Shown here piece after piece: positions 18,603-27,936 of a DNA stretch of 64,000 nucleotides. The notes under the pieces were generated by a model. It worked only from the letters and a program-made list of their open reading frames with translations. It had not been told where the DNA came from and ran no database searches. The stretch is from an uncultured Gammaproteobacteria bacterium (GTDB taxonomy: Bacteria > Patescibacteriota > Patescibacteriia > Patescibacteriales > UBA12465): assembly GCA_964483295.1 (NCBI GenBank), contig CAZAAD010000001.1, forward strand, positions 27,875 to 91,874. Direction: 5' to 3'. How positions within the stretch are numbered: the stretch's first letter is position 1; every line of letters starts with the position of its first letter. The position numbers and the translations under genes were made by a program.

Positions 18603-21089
18603 TTATTTACCAAGCAGAACAGAAATATATTTATCAGCCCCAATTTCGCCAGTATAAGACCAACCATTTTGCCAAGCTAAGGATTTGGGATGTTGCCAGC
18701 GAACTTCTAATCCGGCTGGTGCCTTTAACACACTGGAGAAGAGACTGGGCTTTGCCCCGGGCTGCTTTTGAACTAACAAAGAATATGGATACAACGTTTT
18801 ACTTTCAGGATTCAATAAACTATTAAGTTTATCCAAAAAACCATCACGCGCTAAAGACCGAAAGAAATTAAAAGGCAACTCATAAACAAAAGTAATTTCC
18901 GCTGTTTGCCCCGGATCAGTCATTACCCAGCCAGCAAAAACCGTTTTATCATGCTCGGTATAAATTTTTGCCCCACTCAAAGGGTCAGTTAAAGCTAATT
19001 TTTCTTCAGCCAAAAACTGGCTATCAAGCCAAGAAGGGTCTGGTTCTTCAAAATATTCAGCATCAGGCCTAGAAAAGCCCGAAGCTGAAATTAAACGACT
19101 GCCGGCCGGAACATAAACGCGCAACCAATTAACATTTCTTACTCCGGTCAAAGCTTCATTCTTAATGCCCGTGTGCCCGCGATAAATCTTGACCGTATTA
19201 ATAATTCTGCCATCAGGACTAACGGTTGATACGTGCTCAATCTTTTCCTCCATTTTCCTGTCAGATTTTTGACCAGCAATATTAGTATTAACAACTAATA
19301 AATAATCATTCTCAACCGGTTTGACCTCACCGGCCCAATTGCGCTTACTGGCTTCGGCCTGTAAAACAGGATCAGTAAAATAGAAAAGAATCTGTTTCTC
19401 GGCTAAGTTATTTTCAAACAAAGAAACTATTTTAATTAAATTAGTCTTATCAAGTTTCTCGGGGAGAATTTCAAGAATACGGGCCATTAAATCACCAATA
19501 ATCTTCTTTGGTTTATTATCTGGATTATTGAGAAGATCTTGTTCAAGAGGAATGGTCGCCTCAATCGCCCCTAGTGATTCCTTGAAATTGACTACTGTCT
19601 CCGGATGAGTTTGTTCTAAATTTTTGCGCTCTACTATTTTTTGGGTGGTTTCCCAAAAATTATTACTATCAATTACTACGCCATATTCAGCGGTCATATC
19701 AATCGGTCCAGTAATCTCCAATAAACTCTCAACTACGGTTGGCGTTAAGCTAATTACACCATCAACCGTTGGCCCACCACTCTTATCATAGAACCACATT
19801 AAGTTTTTAGCCGTCTTAGGCCAGTCCGGCCACCAATTAGCATCCCAGAAGTGCCAGAGCGGATTAACTAGCCATAATGGTTCTGGCGCTTTAACATTAA
19901 CAGTCATCCCGCCCTCAGTGTCATAAGAACCACCAGCCGGAACTTCTAAATTTTTAATCTTACCCTTAGAGACATCAAGCAAGGCATAGCTTCCTAAAAA
20001 TCCACCCGAAGCGCGCAGTTCAGCATTATTTTGAAAAACCAAAAGATAGCGTTTGTCCCGACTTTTGCCTAAAAGATCTTTAGCTTTTTTTGCCGAAGAC
20101 ACAAAACTATCCAAACTAGAGCTAACCGAGGCTGCTTGTCCTGACATGGCCACAAATTGCGCCCGATATTCGGTTGGTAAATTATTTGGATTAATACTAT
20201 TTATAATTTTTTCTAACTCCTTGGCATCTGCTACGGCCGCTTCACCATAAATAGAAAAACTCTCTAAAGCAGCCACAAAACTCTCATCTTTTGTATGATT
20301 AAAAAGACTATCAGTAGCTAAAACTAAATTTCTGCCGAGTGAGGCACTTAAAGCGCCGGCAGCCAAAAACTTCTTACTTTCCGCGGCTAATTTTAATTTT
20401 GGGTCGTTTGATAAAGAAGCTAAAAAAAGCAAAGAGTCACCGATGGAACCTAAATCATCTTTAGCTGACAAGAAGCCGCTACTGGCCTCAGAAAAAGCTT
20501 GACTAGCTTCTTGAAAATCTAAAGCTGCCGCCGAATCAACCGCGGTCATCATTTGTCCAAGCGCTGCTTTTGACTGCGCCATTACCTTCTCTTCGAGGCT
20601 ACTGATATCTAGAATGTCTAGCTGCGATAAAAGTTTTAAAGGTATTACTAAAAATAACAAAATTAAAGAAAAGGTTAAAAGCGAACGATACCAAGCCGCT
20701 TCCCGCTCAGCTTTAGCCAACTTTCTTTTCATGGCCGGGTGAAAACGAGAACTAAGGACGCGCTGTTGCCAACGCACCGCTCGCCGCCAAGCAGATTTTT
20801 TCCGCCAAAAAACTAAGGTTTTATTCCAAAATTTATTTTTATTTTTTTTCTCAGGTAAATGCAAACTTAAGTGAAACTTATTCCTGCTCACCCGAGCTTC
20901 TAATCTTGGCGCCATTATATTTTTCAGGGGTGATAAAAATTCAGCCCAAGAAAATTTCTTATTATTTTTTGACGCTTCTTCTTTTTCTGATTTTAAGGCA
21001 GCTGCTCGTAAGTCAACCACAAAACTCGAGTATTGATTTCGATTTAAGTTGCCTATTCGATTGTGCTGTTTATTTCTATTCATGACCAA
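18603..21089 (-). CDS. DUF4012-like membrane-anchored protein (828 aa), envelope-associated
   Basis: A ~130-aa basic N-terminus is followed by a TM (LLTFSLILLFLVIPL). It contains ...YLLVFQNNAELRASGGFLGSYALLD..., which I recall as the conserved DUF4012 core (recollection only). Confidence 0.55.
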   Translation of the reverse strand: MVMNRNKQHNRIGNLNRNQYSSFVVDLRAAALKSEKEEASKNNKKFSWAEFLSPLKNIMAPRLEARVSRNKFHLSLHLPEKKNKNKFWNKTLVFWRKKSAWRRAVRWQQRVLSSRFHPAMKRKLAKAEREAAWYRSLLTFSLILLFLVIPLKLLSQLDILDISSLEEKVMAQSKAALGQMMTAVDSAAALDFQEASQAFSEASSGFLSAKDDLGSIGDSLLFLASLSNDPKLKLAAESKKFLAAGALSASLGRNLVLATDSLFNHTKDESFVAALESFSIYGEAAVADAKELEKIINSINPNNLPTEYRAQFVAMSGQAASVSSSLDSFVSSAKKAKDLLGKSRDKRYLLVFQNNAELRASGGFLGSYALLDVSKGKIKNLEVPAGGSYDTEGGMTVNVKAPEPLWLVNPLWHFWDANWWPDWPKTAKNLMWFYDKSGGPTVDGVISLTPTVVESLLEITGPIDMTAEYGVVIDSNNFWETTQKIVERKNLEQTHPETVVNFKESLGAIEATIPLEQDLLNNPDNKPKKIIGDLMARILEILPEKLDKTNLIKIVSLFENNLAEKQILFYFTDPVLQAEASKRNWAGEVKPVENDYLLVVNTNIAGQKSDRKMEEKIEHVSTVSPDGRIINTVKIYRGHTGIKNEALTGVRNVNWLRVYVPAGSRLISASGFSRPDAEYFEEPDPSWLDSQFLAEEKLALTDPLSGAKIYTEHDKTVFAGWVMTDPGQTAEITFVYELPFNFFRSLARDGFLDKLNSLLNPESKTLYPYSLLVQKQPGAKPSLFSSVLKAPAGLEVRWQHPKSLAWQNGWSYTGEIGADKYISVLLGK

Positions 21090-21098
21090 CGATATTTA

Positions 21099-22298
21099 CT
21101 ACTTAGAATTAATGGCTTCTCGATAAATCTTGAAGGTGCTATTAGCACACTCCCACCAATTGTATTTTTTGCTTTGCTGATAACCTTTTTCCTGTAGCTC
21201 AGAACGTAAATTAATATCATCTAAAATAAGTTCTATCTTGGAAATTATATCCTGCTTGTCTTGAGGGTTAAAATAAAGAGCGGCATCACCTAGAACCTCT
21301 GGTAAACTAGCGCGATCCGAACTTAAAACCGGACAACCCTTAGCCATTGCCTCTAAAGGCGGCAGACCGAAACCTTCATATAGTGACGGAAAAACATAGG
21401 CTCGCGCTTCTTGATACATAACCTCTAGCTGTGCATCCGGGACATAACCGGGAAACACTATCGGACTATTAATATTTCCTTTTTGCCACAAATTTAATTC
21501 ACGCGCTAAGTTATGCAAACGATTGTAAAAATAATCTTCCTTACCGACTAAAACCAACTTCAAATCAGGGCGTAAAGGATGTAAACGACTAAAAGCTTTA
21601 AGTAGAGTATCTAAATTTTTATGGGGATAAGCATTGCCGACATAAAGTAAAAATTTACTACCTAAGTGATATTGTTCCCGCATTTCCCTTGGGTCAAGCT
21701 TAGCAATAAATAAAGAATCGCGACCACGTGCTAAATTGGCCACGCCTTCGTATGTCACCTCTACCTTACCGGAGGCTTTTTTAAATTTATGCAAAATATC
21801 TTGTCTGGTAAATTCAGAAACAGCAATAATCCGGCGCGCTCTTCTAATCGCAACTCTCAAAACAAACCGATAGGCTAAATTTTTTAAAACATAAACCCAA
21901 CGACTCTTGGTTGTGGCGCGCACTGTCGGAAAGTGGGTTAAAATTAAATCGTGCAGAGTCATGACAAATTTAACTGGAGTTAAAATCGGAATATTAAAAT
22001 GAGGAAAGTGCATTAAATCCAAATTTTCCCGCCAAATATAAAAAGGCATGATAATTTGTTCCTGCCAAGAATACCAACCAATATTTAATTTTACTTTTTT
22101 AATATGCTTATTATCGGTCGGAAACTCATCGTAATTATCAGGCGATAAAAAAATAACAAAATCAAATGACCCTTCCCCTAAAGAGTCATTAATACGAACT
22201 ATATTATCAACCACTTCTTGTGTGTACCGGCCCAGGCCTTTACCGACCGGGCCATAGAAGCGGGCATCAATTCCTATTTTCATAAAACTTTTAAACAA
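21099..22298 (-). CDS. Glycosyltransferase, GT4 (GT-B) family
   Basis: The C-terminal ...FPSLYEGFGLPPLEAMAKGCPVLSSDRASLPEVLGD... is the GT4/GT1 EX7E-region signature. Confidence 0.8.
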   Translation of the reverse strand: MFKSFMKIGIDARFYGPVGKGLGRYTQEVVDNIVRINDSLGEGSFDFVIFLSPDNYDEFPTDNKHIKKVKLNIGWYSWQEQIIMPFYIWRENLDLMHFPHFNIPILTPVKFVMTLHDLILTHFPTVRATTKSRWVYVLKNLAYRFVLRVAIRRARRIIAVSEFTRQDILHKFKKASGKVEVTYEGVANLARGRDSLFIAKLDPREMREQYHLGSKFLLYVGNAYPHKNLDTLLKAFSRLHPLRPDLKLVLVGKEDYFYNRLHNLARELNLWQKGNINSPIVFPGYVPDAQLEVMYQEARAYVFPSLYEGFGLPPLEAMAKGCPVLSSDRASLPEVLGDAALYFNPQDKQDIISKIELILDDINLRSELQEKGYQQSKKYNWWECANSTFKIYREAINSK

Positions 22299-23730
22299 AG
22301 GGCAGATTAGGTGGCGGAGTTGGCTCGCTATTAGATTTTTCTTCGTTCAATCTCTCCATGTTATTAACTATCGGTTCACCTGTAAAAATACCCGACTTAA
22401 ATAAATCTTCGGTTGGCACAGTTAAATCACTCGCCAGAGGTAAAGACGAAGGAGCATCAGCTTTTTTGCCCGGTGCCTTCTGAATCATTGAAGCTCTAAC
22501 ACTAGCTTCAACCGGAAAGTGCCACAGCGTAGCCAATTCTTCAATATTATAAATACCAGCCGGAATACCCATACCATCAGAACGGCCGACATAAGCCTGA
22601 AAAATATTATTCTTTTTTTGATTAGCACGAGATTCAACCCAAAAATAAACCGCCTTAGTCATTGTCTTTTTTACATCCGGCTTTAAGTTATTTAAATCCA
22701 AAGCGCCAAATTGCTTCATAAAACCAACAACGCCATTAGCTACTTTAGCTTTATTCATGACATCTTTTTTAGCCACATAAACAACTCGGATTTTTGCCTC
22801 AAAAGATAGTTTGGATAATTTTTCATGAACGCCCTCAATCTTCCTTTTTTCTACCGGACTCAAATCCATCATCGTCTTAGCTTTCTCTTCTTTAGGCTTA
22901 TCTTCGACCTCGCCCCAAATAGGATAAATAAATTCACTGATATTACCTAAAGCTTCCACGCCCTGCATAGCCAATCCTTTTTTCGCTTTCGGCTTTCTGC
23001 CTAAAATTTTATTTATTTCTTTTTCCGAATCCTTAAGCCAATCAAAACCAATAGGAGTAATGATGTATTGAATCCAAAGCTGCTCGCCCTGGCGCAAGGA
23101 ACCACACAAATCCATAAGAGAGGCCATTGGATCCTTAAACTGCATTTCACTTGGTCCCATCTGATGCTCAAACTCCTGATAACGCTTAATCGGATAAACC
23201 CAAGGAGCGGCCTGAGTAAATTCTGTCCCCCAAACATCATACTCTTCATCAGGATAGTGCTGAGGCACATTCTGCGTATAATCTTCGACCTCAGAAATTT
23301 CGGCATCCGGATACTGGGAATAAACTGATGATTCGATTAAATTACGAAATTCTTTCGGCGTCCAAATTAAAAATTGCGTATAGCCTTCAAGACTGACAAT
23401 TTCATAACTGAAACTTTTTTGAAATTTACCCTCAAACCACTTTTCAAAAAAATTAATCGAACCATGAGCCCCGGCTAAGTAAGTAAACATATTCTCAACT
23501 GCCTTGGGCGACTGCTCATTACCCCTAGGAATATCAATCGCTAATAGAACGGTTTTGTGCGTGGCTGCCCATTTGCCAGCAATCCAAAAAAGGTAAAGCT
23601 GTAATGTCCCCCAAATAAAAACAATGCCAATAATTATCCAGCCTAAATTACCCCAAAAGACCCAGAACATCTGTTCCGGGGGTAAATTAAAAAATCTATC
23701 TAGGCCAGTCGTGTTAATAGTTATTTCCAT
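22291..23730 (-). CDS. Hypothetical membrane protein (479 aa, two N-terminal TM helices + soluble domain)
   Basis: ORF with TM helices (FWVFWGNLGWIIIGIVFIWGTLQLYLFWIAG). No recognisable family. Its stop overlaps the start of the GT4 gene, suggesting translational coupling. Confidence 0.5.
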   Translation of the reverse strand: MEITINTTGLDRFFNLPPEQMFWVFWGNLGWIIIGIVFIWGTLQLYLFWIAGKWAATHKTVLLAIDIPRGNEQSPKAVENMFTYLAGAHGSINFFEKWFEGKFQKSFSYEIVSLEGYTQFLIWTPKEFRNLIESSVYSQYPDAEISEVEDYTQNVPQHYPDEEYDVWGTEFTQAAPWVYPIKRYQEFEHQMGPSEMQFKDPMASLMDLCGSLRQGEQLWIQYIITPIGFDWLKDSEKEINKILGRKPKAKKGLAMQGVEALGNISEFIYPIWGEVEDKPKEEKAKTMMDLSPVEKRKIEGVHEKLSKLSFEAKIRVVYVAKKDVMNKAKVANGVVGFMKQFGALDLNNLKPDVKKTMTKAVYFWVESRANQKKNNIFQAYVGRSDGMGIPAGIYNIEELATLWHFPVEASVRASMIQKAPGKKADAPSSLPLASDLTVPTEDLFKSGIFTGEPIVNNMERLNEEKSNSEPTPPPNLPFV

Positions 23731-23795
23731 ACTTAATGCCTATTTTCTTATTCAAATTTTACCATATCTTAAGAAAAAAAGAAAACGATTTTAAG

Positions 23796-23830
23796 CACCA
23801 AAAAACCTGTCCGCGCTTACAAGGACAGGT
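23796..23830 (-). terminator. Rho-independent terminator after the sigma-r4 protein gene
   Basis: The minus strand reads CCTGTCCTTGTAAGCGCGGACAGG + TTTTTTGG. Confidence 0.55.
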
Positions 23831-23879
23831 CTTTATCTAAGCGGCTAAAATAGCCGTTAAAATCTAATGATTAGGGGGA

Positions 23880-24947
23880 TTATTTCCAATCTTTTAAGCC
23901 ATAGGTACCACGGCTTATAAGGACGTAACGCTCATCAAGAATCAATTCGTTATGAACAGTAGCCGCATTGGCTTTTTTCTTATCGAATTTCATCTCATTA
24001 ATCTTATCAGCGATAGAAGTAAAGTGCATGGGCTTACCTTCGTGCTTCAAAACTAAATAGATCTTATCATTAACTGTTTTTGGCTTTATTTCCTGCCAAT
24101 TGGCGATTCCCCATTCACCGTATTTATTTTGCTCGAGGTTCTTAACCGCTTGCATAAGTGAATAAAGGATTTTATTACTATTGATTGTTGCCGCCTTATC
24201 GGGGAAAGTCTGGCTTTTGAAAACAGTTTCTATATCCAAGCTGCCAGCTTGCATTTTTTCTTGGTGCTTAATATAAGTTTCCAGCTGCTTAAGAAGTTCA
24301 ATTAAATCCTCGGTCTTCATGGTTTTTTTCAAACCCTCAACCTTCTCTAAGAGACTATCAGCTAATTCTTCTAAATGGGAAATCTCTCCAGATTTAAGTT
24401 TGAAAGAAGGGGTAAATTTATCATTACCACTAACTAATTCTAACTCTTCACCCATTAATTTGGAAATTAAAAAATTGAAGTGATTACGGTAAGAAGAGCG
24501 CAAGGCTTCATCTCCAGCCTGACCAGAATTTTCTGTATTTAACTCTAAAGCGATCACTGTCAAAATATCTAACAAATAGTCTCGTCTAATCAAGCCACCG
24601 TGCTCCTCTAAAAGATGATAAACGGTTCCTTTAAGACCACTAATATATTGCTCTAAAGTCTCTAATTTTTTTATTTTGCGAATGCTGGCTGCCTCAATCT
24701 GTCTAACTCTTTCTCTGGTTAATTTATGCAGACCGCCAATTTTCTCCAAGGTTTCGCCTTTGCCACCTTTTAAGCCAAAACGACGAACTAAAATATCCTT
24801 CTCTCTATCCATTAATTCAGAAAAAAGATCAGTAGAAATCTTAATAGCATCGAGACGAGACATTTCCTCGGTTTTTTGTTCTTTGATGATTGTTTCCAAG
24901 ATGTTTTCCATATAAAAAAATAAGCTCTTACTAAACTGGTTAAACAT
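23880..24947 (-). CDS. DNA-binding protein with a sigma-70 region-4 HTH and a C-terminal HARE-HTH-like domain
   Basis: ...ETLEKIGGLHKLTRERVRQIEAASIRKIKK... is a region-4.2 HTH. The C-terminal ...YVLISRGTYGLKDW resembles the HARE-HTH ending. No sigma region 2 is present. Confidence 0.55.
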   Translation of the reverse strand: MFNQFSKSLFFYMENILETIIKEQKTEEMSRLDAIKISTDLFSELMDREKDILVRRFGLKGGKGETLEKIGGLHKLTRERVRQIEAASIRKIKKLETLEQYISGLKGTVYHLLEEHGGLIRRDYLLDILTVIALELNTENSGQAGDEALRSSYRNHFNFLISKLMGEELELVSGNDKFTPSFKLKSGEISHLEELADSLLEKVEGLKKTMKTEDLIELLKQLETYIKHQEKMQAGSLDIETVFKSQTFPDKAATINSNKILYSLMQAVKNLEQNKYGEWGIANWQEIKPKTVNDKIYLVLKHEGKPMHFTSIADKINEMKFDKKKANAATVHNELILDERYVLISRGTYGLKDWK

Positions 24948-24995
24948 TCGCTCTAATTCAAGCTTTTTTTATTCTATCACAATATTTTATATTAG

Positions 24996-25952
24996 TCAAT
25001 ACTTAAGCTGCTTTCTGAGCCAACTGTAATTTTTTAAGTTAAATTGCTCTAATATAAGAGAAAAAAATAACATAAAGAGAACATTCTTGACCACCAAAAG
25101 CCGACTTATCATGGTTTCCCTTTGACAATGCTTCATAAAAATAAGGTGTTGATTTCTGAAGGACCAGCTCCTAACCTGCCGACTCATCAATCGCCTATTC
25201 TTTAAAAAAGCACCAATTCCTTGTCCATAAAAGGCAACAGTTCTATCATGGAAAACTTGTGCGTTAACCACTAATTTTGACTTAAATCCGGCTAATTTTA
25301 AACGATAAGCTAAGTCGCAATCCTCTTTATACATAAAAAAACGACTATCAAAATAACCAAACTTATCTTTGATTTTCTTCAAGGCACTTAAACGATAAAG
25401 ACCAGCCGCCCCAGATGGTCCCAAAATAACCGCTTTGTCATATTGACCAGCATCAACCTCGCCCTGTCCCAGGTCACCAAACTTAAGACCAGGACGTAAA
25501 ACAATACCACAGGAATCAATTTGCTGAGTTTTCTGATTACTCGCAAAGTCCCAACGTAATATTTTAGGTGCAACCGAGCCCAATTGCTTATCGCCCTCCA
25601 AATTAACCAATAACTGGCGAATAGAGCCTGACTCCAAGACTAAATCAGGGTTTATCACCAGAAAATACTCTGCCCCTTTTTTACTAGCTTCGGAGATTAA
25701 ATAATTATAAGCGCGGCTAAAACCAATATTTTCACCCTGAGTAATATACTCAATTCGTCCTCCCTGGCGATGATTAAACACTTCTAGCGCCAAGCGGTTG
25801 TGATTATAGTCTGGGTCACTATTATCAAAAGCTAAAACAGCTATTTCCGACTTATCTAAAAATGCCAGGGCCTCTTGCAGGCTCGGCAGGAAAAAATCTA
25901 AATATTTTGCACTACTATCATTATAAGTAATAAAACCAACTACTAGTTTCAT
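24996..25952 (-). CDS. Glycosyltransferase family 2
   Basis: The N-terminal ...VVGFITYNDS... matches the GT-A fold, together with the DxD-like ...AFDNSDPD..., and ...GPSGAAGLYRLSAL...YKEDCDLAYR... Confidence 0.8.
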   Translation of the reverse strand: MKLVVGFITYNDSSAKYLDFFLPSLQEALAFLDKSEIAVLAFDNSDPDYNHNRLALEVFNHRQGGRIEYITQGENIGFSRAYNYLISEASKKGAEYFLVINPDLVLESGSIRQLLVNLEGDKQLGSVAPKILRWDFASNQKTQQIDSCGIVLRPGLKFGDLGQGEVDAGQYDKAVILGPSGAAGLYRLSALKKIKDKFGYFDSRFFMYKEDCDLAYRLKLAGFKSKLVVNAQVFHDRTVAFYGQGIGAFLKNRRLMSRQVRSWSFRNQHLIFMKHCQRETMISRLLVVKNVLFMLFFSLILEQFNLKNYSWLRKQLKY

Positions 25953-26013
25953 ATTGACAAAAATGAATTATTATAATAACATAGCTCCATACTTTCTTTT
26001 AAAACTTAATATC

Positions 26014-26283
26014 ATGAACAAAGATTCCTCTCATCAATCAGCTGATGTTATCGCCGACGAAGTACGCAATCACCTACACCAAAAGGGGTTAGCCAGCATG
26101 GCAGAAACCAATCAACGCATCGTTAACTTTCTTGAAAACGAGAAAAAGTTAACACGAGTTGAAGTTAATCATCGCGAATGGGGCAATGAGGGCCGCTTTT
26201 ACCTGGCCTTTAGTTTCGATAACAATATCATCGAACATGCTATCATAAATCGAAGCGTAACAAAACAGCTGGTTACAGTCTAA
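26014..26283 (+). CDS. Hypothetical small protein (start uncertain: TTG 25954 / ATG 25963 / ATG 26014)
   Basis: It is a plus-strand ORF, divergent from the GT2 gene, and is followed by a strong bidirectional terminator. No family recognised. Confidence 0.35.
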   Translation: MNKDSSHQSADVIADEVRNHLHQKGLASMAETNQRIVNFLENEKKLTRVEVNHREWGNEGRFYLAFSFDNNIIEHAIINRSVTKQLVTV

Positions 26284-26295
26284 AAAATGATTGAA

Positions 26296-26340
26296 AACTG
26301 CAGGACCAAACTCTCTGGTCCTGCTTTTTTTATAAAAAAA
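26296..26340. terminator. Bidirectional rho-independent terminator
   Basis: GCAGGACCAAACTCTCTGGTCCTGC is flanked by A-run/T-run on both sides (..TTTTTTTATAAAAAAA..). It serves the plus ORF and the minus-strand rmlA. Confidence 0.7.
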
Positions 26341-27066
26341 TTAAATTAACATTTTGCTATCTAATTTTTCCTTAGCGAAATTCTGCGCCTTAAGTAAACT
26401 TTCAAAAGTGCCGGCATCTAACCACTCCCCCACAACCATCGCTACTGATAACTCACCTTGTTCTAAATACCAATTATTAACATCAGTTATTTCCAATTCG
26501 CCACGCGCACTTGGTTTCATATTTTTAGCAACTTGCACCACGCGCTTATCGTAAACATATAAACCAGTAACTGCGTGATTACTGAGAAACTCCTGCGGCT
26601 TTTCTATAATTTTCTCTGCCTTCATATTAGTATCAAACTTCACCACACCAAAACGCTCTGGATCAGGAACTTGTTTAGCGAAGATTTTGGCGCCACCTTT
26701 AAAATTACGAATTTCTTCAGAAAAATCATCTTCAAAAATATTATCACCCAAAATCATAGCAACATCCTCTTGATCAATAAAATTCTCACCAATAATAAAG
26801 GCTTGGGCTAAACCTTCTGGCTTATCTTGAATTTCGTAAGTAAATTTAACACCAAATTCTTTACCAGAACCAAGTAAATTTAAATAGTCCCCCGCTCTTT
26901 CAGGAGCAACAATAATAAGGATTTCTTTAATTCCCGCTTTAATTAAAGTATTAAGCGGATAATAAATCATCGGCCGATTATAAATTGGCAGCAGTTGTTT
27001 GCTAGTAATTTTGGTTAGCGGGCGCAATCTAGTGCCACTACCACCGGATAAAATTATTCCTCTCAT
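26341..27066 (-). CDS. rfbA: Glucose-1-phosphate thymidylyltransferase (short form)
   Basis: MRGIILSGGSGTRLRPLTKITSKQLLPIYNRPMIYYPL is the canonical RmlA N-terminus. Confidence 0.85.
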   Translation of the reverse strand: MRGIILSGGSGTRLRPLTKITSKQLLPIYNRPMIYYPLNTLIKAGIKEILIIVAPERAGDYLNLLGSGKEFGVKFTYEIQDKPEGLAQAFIIGENFIDQEDVAMILGDNIFEDDFSEEIRNFKGGAKIFAKQVPDPERFGVVKFDTNMKAEKIIEKPQEFLSNHAVTGLYVYDKRVVQVAKNMKPSARGELEITDVNNWYLEQGELSVAMVVGEWLDAGTFESLLKAQNFAKEKLDSKMLI

Positions 27067-27923
27067 AGACTTCTTAAATATTCTCTCAGCGCCTCTTGAT
27101 AGGGACGCATCTTCTTTAGTTTATTATTTTTCAAAACAGAAAACTTGGGACGCCGAGCGGCTCTCGCTAAATTTTCACTTCTAATCGCTCGAATGGTAAT
27201 ATCTTTTTTAGCTAACTGAAATAACTCACGAGCGCCATCATACCAAGTCACCGCCCCTTCGTTGACTAAATGATAAACACCTTCAGCAGGACGAGCAACT
27301 ATCAATCTAGCACTAGCAGCAGCCAAATCTGGGGTATAAGTAAAACAGCTAAGCTCTTCATTGACCACTGTGACCTCATTTTTTTCAGCTGACAATTTCA
27401 GCATGATATCAAAAAAACTAGGTTTAGCTTCTGGGCTCTCACCCTTGGGTCCAAACAACTTAGAAGTGCGGATAATATAATAACGCAAACCTCTAGCGAC
27501 GCGACGTTGAATTTCTACTTCACCTAAAAATTTACTCTCACCATATTTATTAACTGGATTAGGTGTATCGTCTTCAAAAAATTCCCGTTTAGTTTCTAAA
27601 CCGCTAAAAACATAGTCGGTAGAATAATGAACCAATACCGCATCTAGCTCTAAAGCTAAATCAGCTAAACGTCCCGGTAAATCACGATTAAGTGCTAAAG
27701 CTGTCTGATAACCATCTTTATCCTCACACTTATCAACAGCATTAAAAGCAACGCAATTAATTATTACCTCAGGCAAAACTTCAGTTACAGCTTGTCTTAA
27801 CGCACTCTGATCAAGGACGTCAAAATTATTACGATCAAAAGAAAATACCTGGTGGTCCAGGGATAATTCTTCTGACAACTGGGAACCTAGATTCCCTTTT
27901 CCGCCTAAGATGACTATCTTCAT
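27063..27923 (-). CDS. rfbD: dTDP-4-dehydrorhamnose reductase
   Basis: MKIVILGGKGNLGSQL (Rossmann fold), ...NCVAFNAVDKCE..., and a YxxxK in ...YGESKFLGE... Confidence 0.85.
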   Translation of the reverse strand: MKIVILGGKGNLGSQLSEELSLDHQVFSFDRNNFDVLDQSALRQAVTEVLPEVIINCVAFNAVDKCEDKDGYQTALALNRDLPGRLADLALELDAVLVHYSTDYVFSGLETKREFFEDDTPNPVNKYGESKFLGEVEIQRRVARGLRYYIIRTSKLFGPKGESPEAKPSFFDIMLKLSAEKNEVTVVNEELSCFTYTPDLAAASARLIVARPAEGVYHLVNEGAVTWYDGARELFQLAKKDITIRAIRSENLARAARRPKFSVLKNNKLKKMRPYQEALREYLRSL

Positions 27924-27936
27924 AATCTATTTATTC

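Noticed and set aside
23013-23328. 97-aa (minus) and 86-aa (plus) ORFs within 22291..23730
   Set aside because: They are alternate-frame or antisense to the longer 479-aa ORF, which is translationally coupled to the GT4 gene. No independent support.
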